Source of the DNA: an uncultured Desulfarculus sp.
GTDB taxonomy: Bacteria; Desulfobacterota; Desulfarculia; Desulfarculales; Desulfarculaceae
DNA length: 64,000 nt
Direction: 5' to 3'
Assembly (NCBI GenBank): GCA_963665125.2
Contig: CAXXUK010000001.1
Span: forward strand, 1,600,001-1,664,000
A program made the translations under genes and the position numbers. Below are positions 47,033-56,239 of the stretch, piece by piece (the first letter of the stretch is position 1; every line of letters starts with the position of its first letter). Below the pieces are notes generated by a model. That model ran no database searches, was not told the origin of the DNA, and saw only the letters and a list, made by a program, of their open reading frames with translations.

Positions 47033-48415
47033 CTATTCATCAGAGTCGGCATCAACGGCGCCGGCGGAACGGTCGACGTCCAAAATCCTTGATTTGCCAA
47101 CATACTGCTTGGTGTGATATTCGGCAAGCCTGTTGAGGTTATAGGTTATCTGGCTCATGCGCTTGATCTGGGCCAAGATAGACTCGACCCTGCGTGCCGT
47201 TTCGGTGTTGGGCTCCAGATCATCAAGCACCAACTCGGACTGAATCAACGCCGACTGCAATGGCTGGTTGAGTTCATGACAAGCCGCCCCGGCGGTTTCT
47301 ATGGCCGCCCGGAGCTTTTGTTTGTCCAATCTCTCCTGCTCGGCCTTTTGGGACTCGGTGAAATCATGAAACACATACACCGCTCCCTCGCCAGTCGTAT
47401 CGTTGCCCGGCATATGCGCCGCACTCAGCTTGATGAAAAGGTCAACGCCGTCATCCCGTCGGACCGTTATCGTCCTGCTGATATGATCAGTATAATCCCC
47501 GCCTTTTTCGCCGACTAATTCCGGCAAATCATCAATGGGCATTTTTTTGCCCAGCATATCATCGGGCCGCCAACCAAATAAGAATTCAATGGCCGGATTC
47601 GCGTAGCTGACCAACCCCTTTGAATCAAGCATAACGATGGGGTCTGGCGAAGCGGCCAAAAGCCTTTCGTTTCGCTCGCGGCTGATCACCAGGGCATTTT
47701 CGGCGGCAATGCGCTCCTCTATTTCCCGCTGAAGACCGACATTGGCTTTTTCAAGATCCGCGCGAAGTTTTTTGGAACGTCCCAGCCCCACCTCCAGGCC
47801 CTTCATCAACAGGGCGATGGAAATCAGGGACAGGGCATTTATGGCTATGAATGTCGAAGTGGCGATATCCCACATCGATGCATGGCTTATTTGCTGGTAC
47901 AGAACTTTCCATTCCTCGCCCTTGCCCGGCAGTAACGTAGGATACGAAACCATGGTCAACACATTGATCACCAAGGCCAAAAAGCCGAAACGCATGCCCA
48001 GGAACAACGCGCTTAACAGGGAAAACAGCAAAAGCCAGATGCGCCCGCTGCCATATAGCCCGACGATATTGAGCGTATAGACGCCGATGCAGTAAACAAA
48101 CAACAGGCCCAGGACAGCCCTGAGTTTGTAGGGAATGCGCCAGACAAAAGTAACGCACAGGGTGCCAAGGTAGCCCGCGGTGTACAACACCGCCACATCC
48201 AAATGCTGCTTTTCAATGGATTTGAGCAGGGTGGGGAAATAAGTCAAGGAGCCGAGCACCGCGGCGGCCAGAAACACCGCGAAAAAAACTTGCTCACGCC
48301 AATACCAAACGTTTTCGCCGGGCTCGGGCGAACCATCGGTACTGCGCGACAGGGCCAACCCATTGATTATGGAAAGCACCTTGCCCCAAGCATCGTTAGA
48401 TGAAATACCAGCCAT
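47033..48415 (-). CDS. Membrane PAS sensor with HisKA-like domain but no ATPase domain
   Basis: Several TM segments, coiled coil, PAS (YANPA...GW), ACHELNQPL, then the protein ends. Confidence 0.8.
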   Translation of the reverse strand: MAGISSNDAWGKVLSIINGLALSRSTDGSPEPGENVWYWREQVFFAVFLAAAVLGSLTYFPTLLKSIEKQHLDVAVLYTAGYLGTLCVTFVWRIPYKLRAVLGLLFVYCIGVYTLNIVGLYGSGRIWLLLFSLLSALFLGMRFGFLALVINVLTMVSYPTLLPGKGEEWKVLYQQISHASMWDIATSTFIAINALSLISIALLMKGLEVGLGRSKKLRADLEKANVGLQREIEERIAAENALVISRERNERLLAASPDPIVMLDSKGLVSYANPAIEFLFGWRPDDMLGKKMPIDDLPELVGEKGGDYTDHISRTITVRRDDGVDLFIKLSAAHMPGNDTTGEGAVYVFHDFTESQKAEQERLDKQKLRAAIETAGAACHELNQPLQSALIQSELVLDDLEPNTETARRVESILAQIKRMSQITYNLNRLAEYHTKQYVGKSRILDVDRSAGAVDADSDE

Positions 48416-48704
48416 CAGTCCGCCTCTGGCTGCTCATCGCCGCCACGGCCATACCGCCGCAGCATAAACAAGCTTCAACAAAAAACGTTTTCAGCCCAAA
48501 ACAAATCGGCGTCAATCCGCCGCATCCAAAACAACCAAATACTTTCGGGAAAACCAGAGGCCACAAAAGGGGCAGGCAAACAGGTAATCTTCGTATGCAC
48601 TACCGTATCATTGGCCATTATCCATCACAAGCGGAATAAAGCGCAACACACCGACGCTGACCGCAGCCTGTTGGGTCGCCGTCGAAGATGCATTGATTGT
48701 CTTT

Positions 48705-49151
48705 TTATTGAACTGGAGGTTCGGCTATGTTGAGCCAAAAATGCAAGGTCTTTCTGCACAGGTCTTCAAATTCATACGCAGACGCTGGTTTGCATATCAC
48801 GCAATTTGCGCCGAGTTTGTATGCGCGCTGGATTGTCGACGGGCTTTGGACTGTGGTGAATACAATCAAAGGGGTAAGGGAATTCGCATCCGACTGCCTT
48901 ATCTGAGCCAGCAAGTCGAGAGCATCGGGGTCGGTGCGGTCACAGAAAAGCAGAATCAGGTCTGGCAAGGGCCAATCCGCGTATGGCCCTTTTTGCATCA
49001 GCGCCTGCATGGCGGAGTGACAGGATGAGATCGGCAACAGTCTGGCGTTAAGATCCATGCCGCCCAAGATATGGCTGATGACGCCGTCCTCGCCTGAGCG
49101 CGCGCCCACAATCAAAATACTTGGCGGCTTACTTTCCACAGGGTCCCACAC
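48705..49151 (-). CDS. Atypical single-domain response regulator
   Basis: PDLILL, P.IVFTT, AYKLGANC.I.KP; the phospho-acceptor Asp position is F. Confidence 0.7.
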   Translation of the reverse strand: MWDPVESKPPSILIVGARSGEDGVISHILGGMDLNARLLPISSCHSAMQALMQKGPYADWPLPDLILLFCDRTDPDALDLLAQIRQSDANSLTPLIVFTTVQSPSTIQRAYKLGANCVICKPASAYEFEDLCRKTLHFWLNIAEPPVQ

Positions 49152-49232
49152 GCCTGCTCTCCCGCGAAAACATCCAAAAGATATTTACATATACCACAAA
49201 TCCCCTATTGGTCTCATGAAATTAAAGTCGTG

Positions 49233-50357
49233 TTATCCCACGATGAAATAGCGGTCGTCGGCCTTGCGCACCCTGTAGTCCCTCATCCCCGTGGTCTGGC
49301 GGCAGGCGTTGTTGATTACCCGCTGGAGTTGGTCATTTGAGCCGAAGAAACGGACAATGATTCTTGCCGCATCGTTTTCCCATTTGATCAACACCGCGTC
49401 GACAATGCCGGGCTGGCTGCGGATCTCATTCACAAACTCAATGGTTTTCTCATTGCTTATGTTACCGATTCGCATTTGATAAGGCACACCGGCGGTAAGT
49501 TGTTTGGCCCACCAGGCCCGCAGGGCCGGCTCCATTTTCGACGCCACCGCATTGCCGGCCTGCAAGGCAGCTATCTGTTCGGCCTCGAATCTTTCACTGT
49601 GTACGGCGCGTCCCTGGGCCTTTTGGACCGAAATCAAGTTGCCCTGCATGGTGTCGAAGGCCAGGGCTTCAAAGACAACCGAAGCGTTTTCCGAAGCACC
49701 GTCGAACTGGCTGCGGGAGTTGACCGTATGGGCGTAAATAACCATGTCGGCCCGTTGGTTCACCGCGGCGTGCAAGGTTTTTTGCTCGGCGAGATTATGG
49801 GACAGTTCAGCCTCGATCTCCAAAATACCGGAGCGGTCCAGAAGTTCGCAGCCTGCCTGGAGCAGCTGTTGTTTCAAGGCGTCCATGGCAAGCTGGGTCA
49901 CCATGGGCGCATCGGGTTTGGCCACAACAGCTATCCTGGGGACTCCGGAGAGCTCGGTAAACAAGCGGATCGGCGTCAATTCCGGGCTGGGCACGACCTC
50001 GACTTCCAACCGCACAAGCATCATGTTGTCCTGGAGTTTGTATTCAAGCATACGGTAGGTTTTTATGCCGCCCCTGCTGCATGTCCTCAAGGTGCTTTGG
50101 TCCAGCAATTCATTGCGCAATACGGCCTCGCTCTGAAGCTCCAGGCCCAGGACCTGCTCTATGGCCGTGCGCAGGGCATCGGTTTTGGCCCTCATTATGG
50201 CGCCGCCAAAGTCCTTGCCCTCCACCGTCGATCTGCCGGTTACGATGATTTTCTGAGTTTCCGCCGGGGGCTGGTTTTGTTCCTGGGCCACGGCCACGCA
50301 GGCCAGGCTCATCAAAACCGCCGCCGCCGTTATCAATGCCAAAACACGTTTATTCAT
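49233..50357 (-). CDS. Exported protein (FlgT N-terminal-like)
   Basis: Signal peptide AVA/Q; AKTDALRTAIEQVLG; ATGA coupling. Confidence 0.7.
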   Translation of the reverse strand: MNKRVLALITAAAVLMSLACVAVAQEQNQPPAETQKIIVTGRSTVEGKDFGGAIMRAKTDALRTAIEQVLGLELQSEAVLRNELLDQSTLRTCSRGGIKTYRMLEYKLQDNMMLVRLEVEVVPSPELTPIRLFTELSGVPRIAVVAKPDAPMVTQLAMDALKQQLLQAGCELLDRSGILEIEAELSHNLAEQKTLHAAVNQRADMVIYAHTVNSRSQFDGASENASVVFEALAFDTMQGNLISVQKAQGRAVHSERFEAEQIAALQAGNAVASKMEPALRAWWAKQLTAGVPYQMRIGNISNEKTIEFVNEIRSQPGIVDAVLIKWENDAARIIVRFFGSNDQLQRVINNACRQTTGMRDYRVRKADDRYFIVG

Positions 50358-51007
50358 CTATCAGACTCCGCGTTGGGGGCTGTCTTTGCCTTGATTACAT
50401 CCAGGGCCGACATTGCTTCCTTGTCGCCGGGATTTTGCTCCAGCAGAACGCGCACCTGGGCCAGGGCGTCTTCGGTGCGTCCCATTTCATAGTATAACCA
50501 GGCCAGGTTCAGGCGCAGGCCTCTTATAGCAGGCTTTTGATCCAGGGCCTGACGCCAAAGCTCGGCCGCCTGGGCCTGTCTGCCCTGATCATAAGCCTGC
50601 CGGCCCTGTTCGTAAAGCTGCTGTACATCCTTTACCGGTTGCGGCGGTGTTACTTTTTGGCCAAAGGGCCCGATCAACACCAAGCCCAGCCCGAGCACAA
50701 ACACCAGTCCGGCGATACGTCCAAGGGCCGTCACACGCGCCTTGGGGTCATTGGCCGCCAGGCCGATGGTCTTGACCTGGGGTATGGCGGCCAGGTTGAC
50801 CAGACCGGCCGGCGCGGCGTTCAGGAGCAACGGGCCCTTGCCTTTGCGCTTGTAGGCGCCCAGTTCGTCCAGGCCCATTGATTCCACCCTGGCATCTCGG
50901 TCCAGACGGACCTCAGCCGTGATCGGTCCGTTGCCGTGGTCCAGGCCTCTTTCGGCCCGCTTGATCCGCTGCCACAGCTCAGGGCTTATGATCGTCGTCT
51001 CGTTCAC
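50354..51007 (-). CDS. Membrane-anchored TPR protein
   Basis: One TM segment; C-terminal TPR (NLAWLYYEMG...NPGD); GTGA coupling. Confidence 0.75.
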   Translation of the reverse strand: MNETTIISPELWQRIKRAERGLDHGNGPITAEVRLDRDARVESMGLDELGAYKRKGKGPLLLNAAPAGLVNLAAIPQVKTIGLAANDPKARVTALGRIAGLVFVLGLGLVLIGPFGQKVTPPQPVKDVQQLYEQGRQAYDQGRQAQAAELWRQALDQKPAIRGLRLNLAWLYYEMGRTEDALAQVRVLLEQNPGDKEAMSALDVIKAKTAPNAESDR

Positions 51008-52008
51008 TTGAGCACTATCGCCACGGCGCACTTGGCCAAAAAGCCTCCGCTCAGGTCGGCGGCCAAGAGTTTGACGGCCTGCTTATGTCCAAGCACCAGG
51101 TTGGCCTTCCCCGGTCCCAGCACCGACTCGGCCTTGAGCACCAGGGGGTTATCGCCCACCCGGGCCAAAGTCCGGGCCTTTGCCAGGCTGGTGGCGTAGC
51201 CGACCACACCACGCTCCACGGCATAGGTCTTGTCAACCTGGGCCGGGCCATAGAGCTCCTTGCCGCTGGTCTGGTCCAAGATCCTGGGGAACAGCGCCGG
51301 ACGGGCGTCAAGGCCCTCGGCAATGATGATCAGGCCGGTATATTCCCGCATCGCAGCCGGAGTTGGCTTGGGAGTGGCCGTGGGCTTTGGTGTGGGTGTG
51401 GGTGTCGGGGCAATCACGGTGGGCTTGGGCGTTGGCGTCGGCGTCGGCTGCTTGGTCGGCTTGGCCACCACGGTGGGCTTGACGACCTCCGTCTTGACTT
51501 GCTTGTTGAACCAGGGGGCCATGGCCGCGCTGAGGCCCTTGCGGCTGTTCAGGGGCAATTCAAGGCTCACGCTGGCCATGACCGAGCCATCCTCCCGGCG
51601 ATCCACCCGTTCCTCGACTACCCTGGCCCCGCGGACCATACCGGCCAGGCGGGTCCTCAAGGTGGAGTCATCGAGCATCTCGCGCTTGATGGTGGTCCGG
51701 CTGTCCACATCCAGGCCCTGGATCAGCTCCAAAAGCTTTTCATAGGCCAGATAGCGGGCCGCCTTGAGGGCCATGGTCTCGGCATGGGCCACGCTGACGG
51801 CCTTTTGGGGGTCGGCGCCTGCCTGGGCCGTAACCTGGACAAAGCCGTCTTCCCATTGCACCCTGCTCTGCCAGGAACCATGATCCATTTTTTGATCCAG
51901 GATTGTATCAGGGTCCTGGCCGGCCAGGGCAACACCGGCGGTGGTAAACAGCGCCAGTGAAGCCAGGGCGATCATTATTAATCTCATGCTTCTCATGATC
52001 CGCTCCAT
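51004..52008 (-). CDS. Exported protein (LPP20-like N domain, Pro/Thr linker, YTGLII domain)
   Basis: Signal peptide ALA/G; PTPTPKPT linker; YTGLII.A.GL...PALFPRI. Confidence 0.75.
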   Translation of the reverse strand: MERIMRSMRLIMIALASLALFTTAGVALAGQDPDTILDQKMDHGSWQSRVQWEDGFVQVTAQAGADPQKAVSVAHAETMALKAARYLAYEKLLELIQGLDVDSRTTIKREMLDDSTLRTRLAGMVRGARVVEERVDRREDGSVMASVSLELPLNSRKGLSAAMAPWFNKQVKTEVVKPTVVAKPTKQPTPTPTPKPTVIAPTPTPTPKPTATPKPTPAAMREYTGLIIIAEGLDARPALFPRILDQTSGKELYGPAQVDKTYAVERGVVGYATSLAKARTLARVGDNPLVLKAESVLGPGKANLVLGHKQAVKLLAADLSGGFLAKCAVAIVLK

Positions 52009-52009
52009 G

Positions 52010-53182
52010 CTACGGGGCCACGGTATAGGTGGCGTCGGCCCGCTGCTTCAGGGCCTTGACGGCCAAACCACGCACGCCCACGGCCTCCCAGCTTGCAGCC
52101 TTTTCCGGCTCGGTGGTGGCCAGGGCCACGATTTTTTCCACGCCCGGCGGCGGCGTGACCACCAGATCAAAGGCGTGTTCCGGGCCGGGCACGGTGTAGG
52201 CGCGGCCGCCGACGACCATGTTCAATCTTCCCAAGCGGTTGGGGAAAATCAGGCTGAGCCTGCCGTCGGCTGATTGGTGATACAGATACAGATAGCAATC
52301 CCGGTTGGCCTGGAAATGCACCTTGAGGCTGTCGCCGACGCGATAGACGTTTTTATCGGTCCAAACCCTCACCGTAAGGGGCGCGGCCCTGTCCGAGGCG
52401 GCCACCGGCAGGGCCTGATTCTTGTCGCGCACCAGTGGTATGCGAAGGGTGGTGTTGCCGCTCAGGTACAGGCCCCGGTTTATGGTCTGATAGCCCGGCG
52501 CGGTGATGGTCAGAACCCGGGAGCCCTGGTTGGCGTTGCGGAATACGGCCCGGCCGCCCACGGCGCCCTCTTCGCGGCTGTCGAGCATCAGCGCCGCGCC
52601 GCTGGCGGCGGGCTCCAGGACCACGGTCAGATCGGCCTTGAGGGGCCGTTGCATCATGGCCGCGAAGCCGGCGTCGGCTATGCGGGCCTGGCTGGCCCCG
52701 ACGATGCGGCCGGTCTCAACGGAAATGACCTTGAACGAGGCCAGCACGACCCCATGGCCCAGGTTCCAGATGCGGCCCATGATCAGGGCGTCAACCCCGG
52801 CCTTGTGGCCCAGGGGTACCACCGTGGCCGGATCGAATTGGGCCGAGAGTTCAAGCTGCTGCTGCAAAATGATCTCGTTGAGCCTGCGGCGCTCCATGAT
52901 CTGGGCCACGCCCGGTTTTTGGGACAGGCGGGCGCTGAGTTGGTCCGAGATGAACAGCGACAGTTCGCTAAGGTTGCCCTCCGGGTCCAGGGGGTCCATC
53001 ACGGCCAGGCGTTGGGCTCCGGCCTTGTTTATGCCGGCCATCAGGCCGTCGGCCAGCTTGCCCACCGCGTCCTCGGCGGCGGCCTCTGGCTTGACCGCAT
53101 CGTTGATGCCCACCGCCGCGGCGCAGCCCGAAAAGGCCAGACAGCACATCAAAATCAAGGTCAGCGATAACTTGGCTTTCAT
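52010..53182 (-). CDS. Lipoprotein with FlgO/CsgG-like, PEGA-like and DUF4384-like domains
   Basis: Lipobox FSGC; ERRRLNEII.QQ; APGYQ; YRVGD...DCYLYLY...LIFPN...PPGVE. Confidence 0.75.
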   Translation of the reverse strand: MKAKLSLTLILMCCLAFSGCAAAVGINDAVKPEAAAEDAVGKLADGLMAGINKAGAQRLAVMDPLDPEGNLSELSLFISDQLSARLSQKPGVAQIMERRRLNEIILQQQLELSAQFDPATVVPLGHKAGVDALIMGRIWNLGHGVVLASFKVISVETGRIVGASQARIADAGFAAMMQRPLKADLTVVLEPAASGAALMLDSREEGAVGGRAVFRNANQGSRVLTITAPGYQTINRGLYLSGNTTLRIPLVRDKNQALPVAASDRAAPLTVRVWTDKNVYRVGDSLKVHFQANRDCYLYLYHQSADGRLSLIFPNRLGRLNMVVGGRAYTVPGPEHAFDLVVTPPPGVEKIVALATTEPEKAASWEAVGVRGLAVKALKQRADATYTVAP

Positions 53183-55089
53183 AGGTCGTCTCCGCCAGGC
53201 CCGCCGCCCGAACGCCATAACCGCGTCAGGCCGCCTGAATCGATGGTCACCAGCATGCGGCGCCAAACCGCCGGTCCCGCGCCAAAAGATCCTTGAGTAT
53301 CCAGACGCTGCCGCAGCTTGCCGTCTTTCAGGTCCAACAGATAAATTTTTCCTTGTCTGCCGCAAAGCACCACCTGCCGGGCCGTCAGGGCCGGCGGCGC
53401 GGTGATTGCCTCTGGCAAGTGGACCTGCCACAAAACCCCGCCTTCGGCGCTATTCAGCAGCCAAACGCCGCCCTGCACCGAGGCCAGGGCCAGGCAATCT
53501 TCGCCCAATGCCGGTCCGGCGGCCAACATCTGGCCGGTGTCTGTTTTCCAAAGGATCGAGCCGTCTTCGGCAGAGAGGCAAAACACCCTGCCCTCAAGGG
53601 TATTGCAATACACTTTTGTATCTTGGCCCGCCGGGGCGGCCTCCAGGGTGCCGCCTATGTGCTTGCGCCACAATTCGGCCCCGTTGGCCGGGTCCACGGC
53701 CAAAAGCAAACCATAGCGCCCGGCCAGGATCATGCGCCCTCCCACAAGCAGCGGCTCGGCCTCCATGGCCTGGCCTAGGTGCCATTGGCGCAGAACCGAC
53801 CCGTCCCGGCCGTCGAGGATGAAGGACCTGCCGTCAAGGCAGGCCACGGCCAGCCCGTCGCCGCTGATCTGGGGTCCGGCCCACATCTCGCCGCCCGGCT
53901 TGGTCTGCCAAATAATATGACCGCTGTCGGCATCAAAGACGCGAATCGCGCCGTCGTGCCAGCAGGCCGCCACCACACCGGCTGCCGCCACGGGCTGGGC
54001 AAAGGCCGGGGAAGGCCCCTGCCAGCGCCACATCAACTGTCCGCTGAGCAGATCCAGGGCCGTGAGCCAGCCGCTGTTGTCTCCAAAAAAGACCGCGCCC
54101 CGGCTTACGGCCGGAGACGAAAAAACAGCAGCCCCGGCGGAATATTGCCAGGCCGGGGACAGATCATCGGCCAGATCGCCGCAGACCACGCCACTCCTGC
54201 CGGGACCTGCCCGGAAAACCGACCAGTCGTCGGCCTCCATGGTGGGCAGGTGGATGGTGTCCAGGCTGGCCTTTGCCGTTATCCGAACCAGGGCCCGTTC
54301 CAGCAGGTCCGCCGCATCCCGGGCGGATTTGGGCCGGTTGTCCGGCGATGGCTCCAGCAGGCGGCCCAGCACATCCAATAACGGCTGGGGGGCCTTGTCC
54401 CGCAGATCATCCAAAAGCCGGTCCGGGCCCTGCCGGGCCTGGGTCAGGCCCTGGAATTCATCCACCGAATTAAAAGGAGCCCTGCCGCCGAGCATATGGG
54501 CCAGCAAACAGCCCACGGCCCAGACATCGCTGGCCGGGGACCAGCGGCCGCCAAACTGCTCTGGGGCCATATAGCCCGGCGAGCCCGCCACGGGCCCTGA
54601 ACCGTGACCGGATTTATCCAAGACGGCGGCCAGGCCGAAATCGGCCACCTTGACCGTCCGGTCCCGGCCGAAAAGGACATTGTCCGGCTTTAAATCGCGG
54701 TGGACCACGCCGCGTTCGTGGGCCAAAGTCAGGGCCGCCAGGACCTGCCGGGCAATGTCCGCCGCCTGTTGATAGTCCACTACGCCCGAGGAAAGCAGTT
54801 CGGTCAGGCTGCCGCCCGGCGCGTATTCCGTGACCATGAACAGGCAGCCGTCATGGCGGCCAACGTCGTGTATTTGGATAATGTTGGGGTGTTCCAGGGA
54901 GGCCTGCAACACGGCCTCCTCCAGGCCCGACGGCCCGGAAACATCGTGATTTAGCAATTTTATGGCCCGGTTGGCCTGCAACTCGGGGTGGACGGCCAGA
55001 TACACCCGGCCGTAGGCACCGCGCCCGAGCAAACGCTCCACACGGTACTTGCCAATGGTCTGCGGCGTATCAGCGCTCCTGCTGTCCAT
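53179..55089 (-). CDS. Ser/Thr protein kinase with PQQ/BamB-like beta-propeller
   Basis: GRGAYG, AIK, HRDLKPDN, DFG, YMAPE; repeated ALD..SG...W blades. Confidence 0.92.
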   Translation of the reverse strand: MDSRSADTPQTIGKYRVERLLGRGAYGRVYLAVHPELQANRAIKLLNHDVSGPSGLEEAVLQASLEHPNIIQIHDVGRHDGCLFMVTEYAPGGSLTELLSSGVVDYQQAADIARQVLAALTLAHERGVVHRDLKPDNVLFGRDRTVKVADFGLAAVLDKSGHGSGPVAGSPGYMAPEQFGGRWSPASDVWAVGCLLAHMLGGRAPFNSVDEFQGLTQARQGPDRLLDDLRDKAPQPLLDVLGRLLEPSPDNRPKSARDAADLLERALVRITAKASLDTIHLPTMEADDWSVFRAGPGRSGVVCGDLADDLSPAWQYSAGAAVFSSPAVSRGAVFFGDNSGWLTALDLLSGQLMWRWQGPSPAFAQPVAAAGVVAACWHDGAIRVFDADSGHIIWQTKPGGEMWAGPQISGDGLAVACLDGRSFILDGRDGSVLRQWHLGQAMEAEPLLVGGRMILAGRYGLLLAVDPANGAELWRKHIGGTLEAAPAGQDTKVYCNTLEGRVFCLSAEDGSILWKTDTGQMLAAGPALGEDCLALASVQGGVWLLNSAEGGVLWQVHLPEAITAPPALTARQVVLCGRQGKIYLLDLKDGKLRQRLDTQGSFGAGPAVWRRMLVTIDSGGLTRLWRSGGGPGGDDL

Positions 55090-55603
55090 TTTCGCCGTCT
55101 GGGTCCTTGTCCGATCGGTCGGCCTGCTGATCTTCCACGTCCGTGGCATCGTCGCGGATGGCCATGGCCGCGCCGGTCTGGGGCGCCGCGCCGGTGATCT
55201 TCTCAGCCAGGTCCCGGGCCTTTTCCGCGCCCATGCGGCCCACTACTCCCAGGCTTTTGGCCACCCGTCCGGCCAAATGGGCCCTGCGCTGGGCGGCCAC
55301 GGCCTTTTGTAGCTCCCCCGGCAGTTCAAGGGTCTCGTCGGGCAGAGGCGGCAGGGGTTCATCATCAACGGCCCCGAAGACCTGGTCGGCCATACGGCCA
55401 AGCGCCGCCTGGTCTTGAGCGGTTTCTTTGGCCATATCCGCGGCCTTGCCGACCATTTCAACACCGGCCCGCAATGCCGCCAGTTCCTCACGCAGGTCGT
55501 CCGACTTTTGCAGCATGGCCTCAACCTCCACCCTGTCGGCGGCGCTGAGCCTTTTTTCAATATACGCCAGCAAATCGGGTTTTTCAGCGTGCATGATCAT
55601 CAC
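55070..55603 (-). CDS. Putative cytoplasmic anti-sigma factor
   Basis: Coupled to the ECF gene; LLAYIEKRLS..DR.EVEA.L anti-sigma-like helices without Zn-binding Cys; no TM segment. Confidence 0.6.
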   Translation of the reverse strand: MMIMHAEKPDLLAYIEKRLSAADRVEVEAMLQKSDDLREELAALRAGVEMVGKAADMAKETAQDQAALGRMADQVFGAVDDEPLPPLPDETLELPGELQKAVAAQRRAHLAGRVAKSLGVVGRMGAEKARDLAEKITGAAPQTGAAMAIRDDATDVEDQQADRSDKDPDGENGQQER

Positions 55604-56211
55604 TCCATCATACCGGCCAAACGGTCAAATCCGGGCAAGGCGCGCAGCCGTTCCAGACAGCGCTTTATCTGCACGGAAATGGTGTTAACCGGTACATCCA
55701 AGACGTCGGCCATCTCCTTGTAGCTGTGCAACAACCCCATGCGGTAGCGGATGTAGACACCCATCACGCCTTCGCAATACGCCGGCAGCTCGGTGATGAG
55801 TCCGGCCAGGCTCTCCAGGGCCAGCCGGGCCCCTGCCTGATCTTCGGGCGTATGACAGCCGGTATCCATAATGTCCAGCAGGCCGGGCCCGTCTTCATCA
55901 TCACCGCCGGCCAGAGGCTGATCCAGGGAAACCTCCCGGCCGCTCTTGCGCAGACGGCTGATCACTTCGTTGGTCACCGCTCGCCGCACATAGCCGAGAA
56001 AGGCCTTTGGTTCCCGCAGGGCCTCCAGGCCGCCGCTCAAAAGCTTCAGGCACACCTGCTGGGCCGCGTCCTCGGCCTCGGAAGGCAGCTTGGCTGCGGC
56101 CAGATCGCGGCACCAGGTGTAGAGCTTGCGCCAGGCCCGGTCATCCCCCGCCAGGCACAGCTCGTGGATTTTGGCGGCTTCGGCCGCCTTTGAGCCGCTA
56201 TCTGAACTCAT
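55600..56211 (-). CDS. ECF sigma factor
   Basis: GDDRAW..L, AEDAAQ, F.GY....VTN, SYKEMADVLDVPVNTI. Confidence 0.9.
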   Translation of the reverse strand: MSSDSGSKAAEAAKIHELCLAGDDRAWRKLYTWCRDLAAAKLPSEAEDAAQQVCLKLLSGGLEALREPKAFLGYVRRAVTNEVISRLRKSGREVSLDQPLAGGDDEDGPGLLDIMDTGCHTPEDQAGARLALESLAGLITELPAYCEGVMGVYIRYRMGLLHSYKEMADVLDVPVNTISVQIKRCLERLRALPGFDRLAGMME

Positions 56212-56239
56212 GACGCCAAATCCGTTTGCTTTCTTTCCA

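Noticed and set aside
55600..56211. ECF sigma directly activated by phosphorylation (EcfK/EcfP type)
   Set aside because: Region 2.2 keeps the acidic EAED motif rather than a Ser/Thr substitution, and an anti-sigma-like gene follows.
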